From Eledone cirrhosa (Eukaryota), in NCBI GenBank assembly GCA_964016885.1, contig OZ024745.1, positions 106,020,001-106,084,000 on the forward strand: 64,000 bases of DNA, read 5' to 3'. Both the position numbers and the translations under genes were made by a program. Every line of letters starts with the position of its first letter. The stretch's first letter is position 1. This document shows positions 1 to 14,269 of the stretch, in pieces. The notes beneath the pieces were generated by a model. It was not told where the DNA came from. It saw nothing but the letters and a program-made list of their open reading frames with translations, and made no database searches.

Positions 1-259
1 TGAAAATTAGTAGTGGGCAGACCAATTTGCATAGAGTGTGAGTACGCACCGGTTCAGCGGAGACGATAAAAACAAATAACGAAACGAAATTAAATTTCGT
101 TTCGTTTGTAACTCACTTTTGTATGACTGACGCTTAAACAATTAAGTTAAAAATGTACATCTACATATGCATACTGAAATACTAGTGTGTATATGAATAC
201 ACACACGTATACATATGTAGGTGTACCAAGTCTTTCACTGGTCGCTTTACCCCCCCCCC

Positions 260-292
<33 letters not shown>

Positions 293-294
<2 letters not shown>

Positions 295-374
295 ACAAAG
301 AAGGTGTGGCAAGACATCAAGTGAATCATAACGCTCCAGAGTACTCGATATCCAGCCCTCGGGGCCCTGACTCT

Positions 375-379
<5 letters not shown>
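293..379 (-). mobile_element. Isolated PLE 3'-tail fragment between (TA)n tracts
   Basis: Visibly similar to the reverse complement of the tail at 1423-1502 (cataacgctccagagtactcgata vs cataacgcaccaaagtactcaata) and flanked by (TA)n on both sides. Confidence 0.55.
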
Positions 380-420
<41 letters not shown>

Positions 421-424
<4 letters not shown>

Positions 425-831
425 ACGTAAAATAAGAAAATAAAAAAAAATAAAAAAATTTTTTTAAATTAACTTACTTAAATGTTCACTCCAACTAATT
501 AGTTTCTGCAATGGGATAAAGACAGTTACGTAATCTAACTGTCAAGAATTCACTGCGTCATCAGGGAGTCTGATGACGCAATGAATTCTCGACAGTTAGA
601 TTACGTAACTGTCTTTATCCCATTGCAGAAACTAATTAGTTGGAGTGAACATTTAAGTAAGTTAATTTAAAAAAATTTTTTTTTTTTTTTTAATTTTCTT
701 ATTTTACGTCTTTTATATTATTGTTCTGCATCCTCCTGCATTGAACCACCTAGGTAGTATGACATAACCTGTGTATTTGCTGGCATTAGCGTACATCTGT
801 GTGCTTATGTTAGTAGATATATTAAATTATC
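421..831. mobile_element. Fold-back PLE-derived cassette with hammerhead
   Basis: Inverted arms 421-564 and 570-713 with few mismatches and a 5-nt spacer. The right arm continues as a unique tail to about 831. Flanked by TA tracts. Confidence 0.8.
488..569 (-). ncRNA. Type I hammerhead ribozyme
   Basis: Minus strand: ACTCC-CTGATGA-c-GCAGTG...CATTGC-a-GAAAC-taatta-GTT-GGAGT. Stem I ACTCC/GGAGT, palindromic stem III. The plus-arm copy (570-646) lacks the 5' strand of stem I. Confidence 0.8.
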
Positions 832-941
832 TATATATATATATGTCAGTCTTCTGTCTTCCTGTCTGCCTGTCTATCTCTCTCACTCACTATCTGGCTC
901 TCTCTATCTCCCCCGTTATATATATATATATACACACACAC

Positions 942-1014
<73 letters not shown>

Positions 1015-1028
1015 GAGGAACCAGTAAG

Positions 1029-1122
1029 ACCCCGACGGCTGAGCTCAAGCCGTTTCGACGGCTAATTCTGGACTAAATGAAAATTTATCCTGGTATTTAA
1101 ATAGCCGAGCTTCTCAAGGGGT
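1029..1122 (-). ncRNA. Type I hammerhead ribozyme, U3-A8 core variant (mirror copy)
   Basis: Reverse complement of 1316-1409. Confidence 0.65.
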
Positions 1123-1315
1123 AATTCCATATATGGTCAAAGTGATTGTCAAGAGTCAGTAGTAATTCTGTGATTGCAAATTAGTAGGGGAGATGGTGGC
1201 TAAACCTGCCAGTAGGTGGCTAAACCTGGCAGGTTTAGCCACCATCTCCCCTACTAATTTGCAATCACAGAATTACTACTGACTCTTGACAATCACTTTG
1301 ACCATATATGGAATT

Positions 1316-1409
1316 ACCCCTTGAGAAGCTCGGCTATTTAAATACCAGGATAAATTTTCATTTAGTCCAGAATTAGCCGTCGAAACGGCTTGAGCTCAGC
1401 CGTCGGGGT
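1316..1409 (+). ncRNA. Type I hammerhead ribozyme, U3-A8 core variant
   Basis: ACCCC-TTGAGAA-g..CGGCTA...TAGCCG.c-GAAAC-GGCT-tgagctc-AGCC-GTC-GGGGT. All three stems pair and the cleavage triplet is GUC. Confidence 0.65.
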
Positions 1410-1500
1410 CTTACTGGTTCCTATTACCCACTCTACTACTCTAAGTATTGAGTACTTTGGTGCGTTATGGTCCACCTGGTTCCTTACCACATTTCCTTCG

Positions 1501-1547
<47 letters not shown>

Positions 1548-1627
1548 GGAAAAATTTGAACAGGAACAAAACAGAGAGGCAGTACAACGAATGTTTATTA
1601 ATTTCACGCTCTGGAGAGTGGGGTGAT

Positions 1628-1786
1628 ATAACTGTTTCTACTTTTGGCACAAGGCCAGCAATTATCCCAGTGCATTACTGGTACTTTATTTTATCGACCC
1701 CGTAAGGATGAAAGGCAAAGTTAACCTCGGCGGGATTTGAACTCAGAATGGCAAGGGCCGTAACTCTTTGCGTCAAAGCGTGAGGC
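1628..1786 (-). mobile_element. tRNA-derived SINE, family A (5'-truncated)
   Basis: B box GAGTTCAAATCC and central GCCTTTCATCCTTACGGGGTCGATAAAATAAAGTACCAG (resembles the Nin domain), repeated about 10 times in the window. Confidence 0.85.
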
Positions 1787-3180
1787 AAAGTTAGAGCCTG
1801 TATACCTATAGTCATATGAAGTATGTACAAAATACAATAGGAAATGACAGTGTATCGAACGCCTTTTATTATAGTTAGACCCAACCATGATTGACATAGT
1901 ATTAATAGGCCAAAACAATCTTTTATAAAACTTCAATATTGTATTAAACATTCTGAATTCTGCAATAAATTATTTGTATCTCTACGTTGTCGTCAGATGG
2001 CTTGTACTTCCAATTCAAAATGACACGCTTCTAATACACAGCATCGTGTTGAATCCTTCTGTGGATCACTTGAAGAGTAGACGTGTCTATTGAATGTCTA
2101 GTCTCTTGTACGATTATTTCTGGAGAAGGCTGTTCCGGGGGTGCATTCCGTGCATGCATGCATGTGTGTGACGTTGTGAGTATATGTGTGTGCATGCTTG
2201 TTCATAAGTCTAACAATATTCAAGTAATCAAAATAATTGTTTCTTAAGTAATTGCATAATGTGATGCTTTTTAAAATATATGTAGAACGTTGTTTTAGTA
2301 GATATACTCTCTGTTTCTGCTTCTATCATATTCACATGAATACATGGGGGAGTATGTTGTCCAACAGACTTAAATGCTTTATGTGTTATAACACTGGTAG
2401 TCATATACAATATGCTTGTCTAATTTAATTTAAGAAAAAAAAATGTATAATCTTAACATCATATTAGATTGGCTTGCTATTAAATTAAGGGAGAACATCG
2501 TCCGAAGAATCAATGCAAATATCTACCGTACTGCACACGTCAAGTGATAGTAGTTTCGGAAAGAATATATGCAGAAATGCTTTTATAAATAACTTATACT
2601 GTTGGATCGAGCCGGTGAGAATGCCATGTGTGCACATATTTAGTTGACAATCCTTTATTTTTTATTTGCACAATATCTACAGTGATATAGTCTTCTCCTT
2701 AAAAAAAAAAAAAATGTCTGTCAATATTTAATTATAGCAAGAAGTGATACATCTCTTTGAAAATAAGTTATATCTATAGCAATAATCATATATAATTATG
2801 AATATTTACCGCTGAAATTCTTCATTGCAACATATCCATATCAATCTTTTAAATGAAATATTACGCACCGTCACAATGATTCTTTTCTCATAAAAGGTGA
2901 TAAGAATTATTGATAGCTGCAGAAGACAAGAGATCATGCATGGAACATGTAAAATATAAATGAAATAAAAATGAAAAGTGTTAGAAAAGATTAAGTACAG
3001 GTGTTAAAAAAGAAATATCATTTCAGGAAATTGATTTAGTAGAAGTGGGAAAATGTGCTATAATAATACGAGGAAAAGTGTCATATGGCCAATTATTTTG
3101 CTGGCAATGAACCAATTTATTTAAGGTTTTGCAGAATATTTACCTATTTATCTAGTTCTTCGATCTATCGATATTCTGTT

Positions 3181-3249
<69 letters not shown>

Positions 3250-3903
3250 CTATATATATATATATATATATATAAATGTGTGTGTGTGTGTATATGTGTC
3301 TGTGCATGTGTGTCTGTTTGTGTGTGCGTGTGTGTGTATGTGTGTATGTTTGTGTTTGTGTGTGTGTGTGTGTGTGCGTGTGTTTGTGTGTGCGCATGTG
3401 TGTAGTTGTGTGTGTGTGTGTGTATGCCAGTCTGTGTGTGTGTGTGCGCGCATGTGTGTATTTGTGTGTGTGTATGTCAGTGTGTGTGTGTGTGCGTGTG
3501 TGTGTATGAGAGCGTTTGTGTGTGTGTGTGTGTGTGCATCTGTGTGTGTTTGCGTGCGTATGTCTGTATGTGTGTGTGTAGTGAAAATGTCCGTGGTAAT
3601 GAAAAAGGAAAGACGTGCTTTAGATATGGCAGCAAATACATATTGTATGTGGTGATGCAGAATGCAAGAAACAGCAGTGAACAGTCTGTAGTTGATGAAA
3701 CACCTGGGCTTTGAAACATATAAGATACCGCAATACATGATACCAGTATGAATCAAAATCCTCATCATCATGATAATATATATGGGGGTGTATGTGTGTG
3801 TGTATGTATGTGTTAATCTCTGTGTGTGTATGCATCTACATTCTGTCTTGGCTTGTTGGATAAAATCAAAGTGTTGTTATATCTCTCTCTCTATATATAT
3901 ATA

Positions 3904-4737
<834 letters not shown>

Positions 4738-4913
4738 ACAAGGCGATGCGTTATGTCCTTGAGCAAGACACTATATTTCACGTTGCTCCTTCTACCTGGA
4801 GTTGCGACCGATAGATAGTATTAACAATTGGAAAAACCAACGGAAACATTGTTTCCTCGGTCCAATTTGACGAAAGTCGATCGTTCCTTATTATATATAT
4901 ATGTATACATATA

Positions 4914-5004
<91 letters not shown>

Positions 5005-5059
5005 TTACATATATATATGTGTGTGTGAGTGTACGTGTGTGTGTATGTCTGTGTGTATC

Positions 5060-5105
<46 letters not shown>

Positions 5106-5312
5106 CTTATGTGCATATGCGCATATATTATTTTGTTGTTCTTTTAATTATGTTACTAGTATTTCGATATTGGAAAGTAGCGATGCTGTGGCAATGCTTT
5201 TAAGGATTTTAGTCGGCGTGATCAGTCTTTGTACTTATGTTATCAGTCTCTATTGAATTGATACCTGTTGTAGTTCAGCTATGCAGTTCGACACATTATT
5301 TTACATTGGTAC

Positions 5313-5503
5313 GGTGGAGGGCAGTGAATTGGCAGTATCGGTAGAGGGTCGGACGCCATGCTTTCCAGCATAGTTACGTCCCTTTATGATCTGAGTTCAA
5401 ATCCCGCCGAGGTTGACTTTGTCTTTCATCCTTACGGGGTCGATAAAATAAAGTACCAGTAATGCACTGGATAATTGCTGGCCTTGTGCCTAAAGTAGAA
5501 ACA
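5313..5503 (+). mobile_element. SINE family A, full length with 18-bp target-site duplication
   Basis: A box TGGCAGTATCGG and B box present. ATTATTTTACATTGGTAC occurs at 5295-5312 and 5504-5521. Confidence 0.9.
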
Positions 5504-6855
5504 ATTATTTTACATTGGTACATGAATAGCAGTCAACTCTCACTTAAATCATACTTTCCCGAATGAAAAATGAAAAGATATATTCCTGCATAGTTCTATT
5601 CAATCAATAAAACTACAACTGTTTTTCTTTGTAGTATACTTAATTAAAGTTTACTCCCATAGTTCAACCATGATTAGAAAGGGTTATATTCTTTCAATCC
5701 AATATACATAACGTCGAGAAACATAAGTTATTAGAAGGCATAGAAATGATAGATAAAGCACATTATTTCAACAATTTGATGTAAACAAAACGTAAAGATA
5801 TCCACTGATAATTTGGAGGAAAGGTTTTGTTTCATACTTGCTGGATTCATGAAAGAGTCGGGTGTTTATCGTCAAATATATATAAACAAAATATAAGCCG
5901 ATGCGGTTTTTTATGATATATCGCTTGTTTTGCTTAGTGCAACAGGCAAATCTCCACGGGAAAATGTGAAGCGTACAGATGTTAGGTCATAAATCTCGAT
6001 TATGATTGGATCTCCAATTGAAATGGTCGTATGTTGATTGGTTGTTTTTGTGAAATAGATTTGCTTGCAGCGTGTTAATTGGGGTTAGTGAATAACACCT
6101 AGGGGAAGTGCAATAAAGATAGAACGTATGAAACAAGCAAAAACAAGACAAAAAACATACAATCAAAATACAATATTCTGTTTATTATTTAGTTTTTCAA
6201 TGCAGTTATTGGTGCAGTGAATTCCTATTATTTATTTCATTTACCGAAATTGCACCCCTAAAAAATATCCCAAATACAGTTAGCGTCTAAAAATATTTTT
6301 TTATTTCAGTAGAGGTTGGTTAATTAAAAAATAGAACGCATGCAACATAATGGACGATGCTTTCAGTTAATGATTTTCCATAGCGGCTATTTCAATTACA
6401 CGTTTTGCTTTCTAACACATCATTTGTAGAATACCTAATGGATAACGTCTAGCATATCTGACAAGGTAATTATATGTGAGAATATTTGATTTAAATCAGA
6501 GAAATGACCTCTATATGCAATTGGTAACAAGTAATCTGAACCTTTATTTTTGTTTTATTTAAACATTCCAGTTACATTTTATGAGGTATTTTATTTATTC
6601 GTGCATCTTTTGTTTTTAGAAAACAAAAATGATATCACATTCGGTGTACGTTCAATTTTTATTCCAAATATAAAATTCCCGGTCATTTCAGATACATTTC
6701 GTTTATAAACAAACGTTGATGGCTCTGATCTCTATAATAAAAAAAATAAGCTTTGATCCTTCTTATGGCTTGCATTTCTAAGAAGGGACTATCCTAAAGC
6801 TATTTTATCTTTTATCGTTCTGAAACGTACTGAAGTCCAACACATTAAAGCTGTA

Positions 6856-8142
6856 CGAGGTACACTCAAGAGGGTTGAGACTTTTATCAGAGAGACATGT
6901 ATTTAACTCTAGTCTCCTTCAAAGTAGGATCCTCCAAATACTTCAATGCCCTTGTAGTCCTCCAAAGTGATCGTGTCGAGGGTGCTTGTCACAGTCTCCT
7001 TCATCTCACCCACAATCAGACAATCTTGAGCTTCTGAAAGAAGACACTCTTGAGCTTCTCCTTCAGCTTCCGGAACATCCAGAAGTCGTATGGGGTTGCG
7101 TCTGGACTATAGGTAGAATGACGAACAGAATTGATCCCCAAATCGGCCTATTAGTTGGTCGCCAGAATGGATTTGTTGCAAGGGGCATTGTCCTGGTGCA
7201 GTTGTGAAGGTGCCACTGAGCAGATTTGAAGTGTTCTGGTCTTGCGATGAAATCCCGTTCTGAACTGCCTCAAGACTTCAACATAGTTGTGTTTGTTGGC
7301 TGCGTGGCACCCAGTGGAAGTATTTGATGCTCTTGCTGTCGACGAATGGGATCATTGTGAGCTTCATCGTGGACCTGATTTGCCTGGACTTTCCACTAGG
7401 CAATCTGTAACTTGGTCTTTGGATCATAACAATAGACCCCCAGCTCTCACTACAGGTTACTAGGGATTCGTGGATGCGAAGTGATTGACTCAAACATCTT
7501 CCTGATGTCATCAATATGCTTTGGCTATTGATCTTCATTCAGCACCCTGAGAACAAATTTTGCACAAACTTTGCGTATACTTAAATCATCATGAATGACT
7601 CGGTGCACGGTGCACTCAGCCACTTCAAATCTTTTATCAATCGTCAGAAGAGAGATACAATGGTCCACGTCTAGAAATTTACGAATTTTGTCGACCAACT
7701 TCGGCGTCCTGATGTCTCTCTCTCACTCTCCCTGCCACAACTCTCGTCGTCCCTCACCTGCTACCTACCCTCCTGGAACCTCATGTGCCAGCAGAAAATA
7801 ATCGGCTGGTTCATGTTAGTTAGTCCGTAAGCAGTTTTGACCATTTCATAGGTTTCTACAGCATTTTTGCCAAACTTGACACAACTTTATAGCATATTGA
7901 GCCTCACAGTTGTCCTTACGTCCCGAATGCATTGTGGAACAAGTCATCTGTGACAAGACATGTATGACAAAAGGATTTGCCAAGTTAGCTTATAATAACT
8001 ATATCAGGGATGCATTAGAGTGACAGTTACATTAGGATTGGCATGTTAGCTTATTATAACCATATCAAGGACGTATTAGCGTGACAGTTACGTTAAAGGT
8101 GCCTGAAAAGGAAACGTCTCAAAACTTCTTGAGCGTAACATG
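6856..8142 (-). mobile_element. Mariner DNA transposon, full length (~1.29 kb), decayed transposase
   Basis: TA on both flanks. Imperfect ~27-bp TIRs (cgaggtacactcaagagggttgagac / gtctcaaaacttcttgagcgtaacatg). Minus-strand peptide remnants YAIK..GKNAVETYEM, RKVCAKFVLRVL, VTCSESW, RQIRSTMK, HWVPR and C-terminal YFEGD*. Confidence 0.85.
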
Positions 8143-9229
8143 TATTTGCAATCTATCCCAACTCAACATGAATATTTCTTTGGCTATAAATTTAAATTGC
8201 AGATATGTCAAACATCAATGAGAAATTCAAACTAATAAAACAATGAGAACCATAATAAAAACAACCATAGATTATAATTTCATTTTAATACCCACGCATT
8301 TCCACAATTGAGGATTTATACATTTTTATACATTGAGAGTTTATTTGCTATTCTTGTTGATCAGGTTTCCCCTTTTGAATCTGTCTGTCAGTCATGATGG
8401 TCCTAACAATTGCCAGTATGCAACAAATATACGTGACAACAGAATGCAAGCGTTAACATGATGATATTGCATCACACATAATCAATATGACCATCTGCTA
8501 GAAAGTAAACTTGATAAATAAAATATTAAAATGCTGTCTAAATTATACAAAGCTTACCCGGAGTTAAAATTCCAAGAGGAGAGATTAAACGAGTGATTAA
8601 GATAGAGGTGATGGGTTAGATTTACTAAGACTAATCTTTGTATTGATCAGATCTACTTGTAACAATTCTGATTAATGTCATCTTTCAGGAAATTATCTGG
8701 CAACTGATCAAATATGGTAGCCCATGTCTGTATATCTGTTGTTCACATCGGTCACATTAATCTATAATATACTTGCTTTGATTAATACAACAGCCTGTTC
8801 TACTTTTTAAAACATAAATCATCACCTTACTTATGAATAGTTTGCTTTCAATTGCTTAGTGATCAATTTCATTGATAAAATAGTGAGCGTAGCTAATTTA
8901 ATAAATATTTCGTTTGACGGTCAGTCCAGTGTTTTATAAATTTTTCAGACGCATCAATATAACGACCACTCATGCGGAGATAAGTGGCATGATGTTTTAT
9001 ATACTGGTCAGATATATCTATATCATAGTTAATCATACTTATATCACTACAATTTTTAGAGCATCATTTGCAAGCAATTGATATGAGCAAACAATTTCAG
9101 ATCTCAGTGTTCCAATATCAAATACTGGGAGAAATTATATCAATGTTTATTTTCCCACACATGTAACTATATCGATGAAAAGATAATCAGTATTTCTGAA
9201 AGCAGGTGTAGAGGAGGAAGTATTACAAA

Positions 9230-9990
9230 GTCGGCGGATTGTTTGCCAGAACACTATTTGCTGATCTGGAGTCGGATTACAGCTTAACCCCAAAGTCCTC
9301 CGATGTCTAAACTGTTGACACTTTTACTTTCTCTACTGCGATTCTTCGTGTCTACTTTTACCACAAGTGCAAGAAGGAGGACATATTTCCAAGCCAAGAG
9401 TTATTGACCTCCTTTCCTTGATAGCATCTTTGAACTCTTGATTGAACCAAGTTGTCCTCCTGCTATCCAGTGCCACACCAAAATCGCCGTTCCTTCTAGT
9501 CACTCCCTTTCCATGTCAGATGGTCAGTGCCAACATGTGCATTGAGCTCTCCCATTTGGATATATGACTCAGTCTTAACTATATCTAACGGGAGTATCCC
9601 CACTCCAACCTATGCTGTCATTTCTTGTGCCACACCTGAACAGTGGCGTTTCCATCCTCAATCCAAATCTACAGTACCAGAGGCACAGAACTTAGTGGAA
9701 GAAACCATGACTATATCTAGCTGGTAGCATCTAATATCCTCCACTAGTTCTTGTTCCTTACCTGTAAGGGTTGTGATGTTCCAGGTACCATCTCTCGAGG
9801 TATGCTCCCTTCCGAACCCTTTTCCGGATCTCAGGAAACGTAATGTTTGTACGTCCATCCCACGTCCATCCCAGGACATGTCGCAAGCGCATCGTCAGTT
9901 TTTACTGCATGAAATGAAAACTGCAATATATTTTGAACAGGCCCCTCTACATAAAGCCTGAACGCCTCCCTTGTTAACCCACACGAAGGA
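9230..9990 (-). mobile_element. RTE-clade LINE 5' part (APE endonuclease), decayed and inverted
   Basis: GTWNITTLTGKEQELVEDIRCYQLDIVMVSSTK in ORF 9658-9879 matches the APE N-terminal GTWNV motif. Boundaries approximate. Confidence 0.75.
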
Positions 9991-10129
9991 CGATGCGGTA
10001 TGGTTCGTTTTCTTACCTATCACCATATTGTAGTGTTGATGGTCTTATTCACGCTGACTTCGTAATAATAATCCTTCTCACCTGTAATCAGGAATGCGTG
10101 TGTGTATCTCCTATCATCAGAGATGTGCT

Positions 10130-11480
10130 TCCTCACTAGGTGGAGCGAATACTTTGCTGATCTCCTAAACCCGATAACAACGACGTCTTCTGGTGTACAT
10201 TAGGTAGATTTGGGTGCAATGACTAATCTTTCAGATGCTGAGGCCGCTAGCGAGGATGAAATTCGGCCCGAGATATTAAAAGCCTTAAATAGAGAAGGTA
10301 TTCTCTGGAAGACTCGCGTGAGTCGGGTGGACTGGATCTCTGGAAATGCATCTAGGCAATCGCAGTTGGGAATGTTTATTCTAATTTTAAAAAGGGAGAC
10401 ATGAGAGAGTCCTACAATAATTGAGTGATCTCCTTGTTATGCCTCTCTGGTAAAGTCTATGTTGGCAAAGAGATGTAGGGAGATTTGCTAGGCCAAGCCT
10501 GCTGTATATTAATAGATGTCCCGCACGCAACACAGCCGGTTAAATATTCGCACAACGGCAGGTTTTTGAGAAATCGTGAGAGTACTGCCAAGAGATGTAT
10601 TCTTGCTTTCTATACCATGAAAATGTATATGAACGCATTCCACGGGACCTGCTGTGGGAGGTTCTACAGATGTATCTCAATACGAATGTCCTAGTATTTG
10701 TGCTTGGATAGATGGTGCTAAATCGAAACCATTGAATGTGGGGTCTCTCCTGAAATCCGGCCGAGGTTAACTTTGCCTTTCATCATTACGGGGTCGATAA
10801 AATAAAGTACCGGTAATGTACTGGTATAATGGCTGGCCTTGTGCCAAAGTAGAAACAATTATTTTCTTGAACATCTGCGTTGGAAGTGGTATCACGACTG
10901 GCGTGTGTAGAATCAGTCAGCTGGAATTTGCAAGCGATGTGTTATTACTTAACTCGACAGGTGATTTCGGGCTTGCCCTTGATAGGTTTGATGTCAAGTG
11001 CTGCATGGCTGGAATTAGAATCAGGGGTGCAAAAGGTGAGAGACTCGTCCTTTCAAGAAAACAGGCGCAGTACACTCTTAATATGAATGGATTTCCACTG
11101 AAGCAGATGGCGATGTTTCAAGCATCCCGGAACCGTAATCACCAGTGATGGAAGACACAATGTTAAATTATGCGCAAAAATTGCAGGAGCTGCTGCAGTA
11201 ATACGACAGCTCCAGCATTCAATAATCAGAAGATAGGAAGTAGTTGTAAAAAACACGCAAAATCTTCAATTCGGTATTCGTGCCAACACTTACCTATAGT
11301 CATGAATCTTGGGTAATAACCAAAAGAATACGATCGCGAATACAAGCACCCAAACGTGATGGGTCTTTGGAACAATATTACTCGATAGAGTGCGTATCTC
11401 GAAAATCAGTATCACTCCAGTTAGAAGTGCTACTTTTCCAAACTGAGAGATAGCATCTTTCGTACTATAGAAATTTAAAT
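10130..11480 (+). mobile_element. RTE-clade LINE 3' part (RT), decayed
   Basis: Remnants RWSEYFADLLNP, DEIRPEILKAL, FASDVLLL (FADD-like) and VFVPTLTYSHESWVITKRIRSRIQA, with many stops and frameshifts. Confidence 0.8.
10752..10863 (+). mobile_element. SINE family A (3' half) nested in the LINE
   Basis: ccgaggttaactttgcctttcatc...gtagaaacaattatt. Confidence 0.85.
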
Positions 11481-11885
11481 AGAATATCACAGGAAAGAAT
11501 AGAAGGACATTCTTTTTCTTGAGGAAATATTATTCGTTTCTTCCCTGCTCACTCTCCTGTATCTTTCTATTTCTTCTTTAATTCCTCATTCCACTTTATG
11601 ATGAAGACCTAGCGCCTGAAGAATTAAACATTTTCCTACTGTATTAAGTGTGAAACTAATACATACCTTCATTGTATTTCATCATCTGTTCTGTTTTTCC
11701 GTTTACTTTTCGCATACATACATTCATGCATGCATACATACATACATAGATACATACATATGTGTGTGTGAGTGAGGGTGTATGTGTGTGCGTGCCTGTA
11801 TGTAGGTGTGTATGGATGTACTATATATGTATGCATATACATATGTTTATATATACATATATATATATATAAATTAATACCTATG

Positions 11886-11887
<2 letters not shown>

Positions 11888-11936
<49 letters not shown>

Positions 11937-11962
11937 TATACGTATATATATATATATATATG

Positions 11963-12032
<70 letters not shown>

Positions 12033-12060
12033 TATGCTTATATATATATATATACATATG

Positions 12061-12098
<38 letters not shown>

Positions 12099-12110
12099 CA
12101 TATGTATTTA

Positions 12111-12152
<42 letters not shown>

Positions 12153-12190
12153 CATATATATATATATATATATATAAGCATATATATATA
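11888..12190. repeat. (TA)n microsatellite
   Basis: Directly visible. Confidence 0.95.
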
Positions 12191-12214
12191 ACCATGTGTA
12201 TGCATGCAGCTATC

Positions 12215-12257
<43 letters not shown>

Positions 12258-12720
12258 CCGTATGCGTGTGCAGATACTCGTTTTTGAAAATTAACGTGTA
12301 CATATCTATGAATATCAGCATGATAATCATTTGTAGTATTTCAGAAAAGAGACAAAAAGAGATGGAAGCATTCTCTTGAAATATAATTGAATCGCACAAA
12401 TTTAATTTCCTTGCTGCAATCTACTTAATTTTTGAGAATATTTTTAGGCTTTATCGTATCCTCACTTTTTTCTTTAAAATATCCATAAAATCCTAAAATT
12501 CTACTGTTTGGAATATCATGTGCTATAGAAAAAATCGAATAAATCTCACATAACGTAGATGTCTCGTAGAACAGATACTTTAAATGCGATTTCTCACAGC
12601 TGAGAAACTGTTATTATGTGTGATTCCACATGGACATATATGTGCCTCTATAGATGCACGCGCACGTGCGTATGTATATGTATATGTATATATATATATG
12701 TATATGTATATGTATATGTG

Positions 12721-12779
<59 letters not shown>

Positions 12780-12873
12780 GTGTGTGTGTGAGTGTATCTA
12801 CGTGTGTATATATGTAGGTGTGTATATGTATGTATGTCTGTGCATATATATATATATGTATATATATGTATAA

Positions 12874-12911
<38 letters not shown>

Positions 12912-12917
12912 AAATAA

Positions 12918-12953
<36 letters not shown>

Positions 12954-12955
12954 AA

Positions 12956-13027
<72 letters not shown>

Positions 13028-13066
13028 AAATAAATAAATATATATATATATATATATATGTATAAA

Positions 13067-13672
13067 TAATTTACCCTTGTGTTCTATCTTAGATAGAACA
13101 CAAGGGTAAATTAGAGAACATAGAAATAAAAATAGAATCCACACACAGAAAAGATGCAATGTTTAGTCAAATTACAGAGGCAGTAAGCATAAAAGAATTA
13201 CAACCAAAATTAAATAGAAAATATGAGTGGAACAGCAACATCACAACTTACAATTAAGGACAAAATGAAAACACACACACACATAGAACAAACAACCAAC
13301 CAACAACATGTAAATAAATAAACAAATAGATAAATGAACACAAACACACACAGACACCCGGATGTGGCGCATGCGCAAACTGAGCACACAACACACACAC
13401 AGAAACAAAATGGCGTAGGACAGAAGAAAGGAAAGGCACAGAAACAAAGAAAGGAATCCCCAGTCACTGAAGAGGTCACAGAGTGTGTGACGAAAGGACT
13501 ATGACTATATATGAACAACTATCTGGTTGTGGAACCAACCAACCAACCAGAAATTTATAAGTTTATAAGTTTGTAGATTTGTAAATCTATAAATTTATAA
13601 ATATATAATAAATTGAAATGAAAGCAACTGGTGCGTGTGTTTCTTATTGGCAACATGACCCTCCCAAAGTAT

Positions 13673-13680
<8 letters not shown>
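13067..13680 (+). mobile_element. 5'-truncated PLE copy (same family as 52630-55451) with 23-bp snap-back at its 5' end
   Basis: Encodes the endonuclease C-terminus ([49 protein letters not shown]) then the pLTR. Hairpin 13067-13089/13091-13113. Lies within (TA)n. Confidence 0.85.
13462..13506 (+). ncRNA. Minimal type I hammerhead ribozyme
   Basis: AGTCA-CTGAAGA-g-GTCACA-gagtg-TGTGAC-GAAAG-ga-CTA-TGACT. Confidence 0.8.
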
Positions 13681-13750
<70 letters not shown>

Positions 13751-13757
13751 CCCCCTA

Positions 13758-13788
<31 letters not shown>

Positions 13789-14055
13789 CACACACACATA
13801 CACACACGTACACCGACTCATACATACATATACGGATATATACGGATATATATAAAGGATATGTGATAAAATAATACAAGAATAATAGTAATAATTAAAA
13901 AAAATAATAGTAATAATAAAAAGCATATATAGTCCATATATAATCATCCGCACACATTCCTATGAGATACACATAAACACATACTTATATGCACAATTAC
14001 ATATACACACATATAGAGGCCCGCATATGCATGCACCTGCACCCACATACGTATT

Positions 14056-14136
<81 letters not shown>

Positions 14137-14269
14137 GCACACACACACATATATACACATATATATATGTTATATGTTATATATATATGTAATCAAGGGG
14201 GATCCGTAGGGTCAAAAAATCGGAAAAATCGGAGTTCGTGATTCTTAGTCGCTGTATATGTTTAACTGC

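Larger units (their letters stand above)
1016..1502. mobile_element. Fold-back PLE-derived cassette with two hammerheads
   Basis: Inverted arms 1016-1212 and 1226-1422, 13-nt spacer, tail 1423-1502, inserted in (TA)n. Confidence 0.8.

Noticed and set aside
78-107. Small hairpin AACGAAACGAAATT/AATTTCGTTTCGTT
   Set aside because: Real but at the window edge, with no context to assign a function.
6310-6465. Possible exon (tttcag...AAG|gtaat)
   Set aside because: Stops in the frames I read and no MARCH similarity. It could be non-coding but cannot be supported.
11590-11700. ATGATGAAGACCTAGCGCCTGAA as a hammerhead remnant (similar weak cases near 3690 and 4860)
   Set aside because: Core and stems are too degenerate to support.
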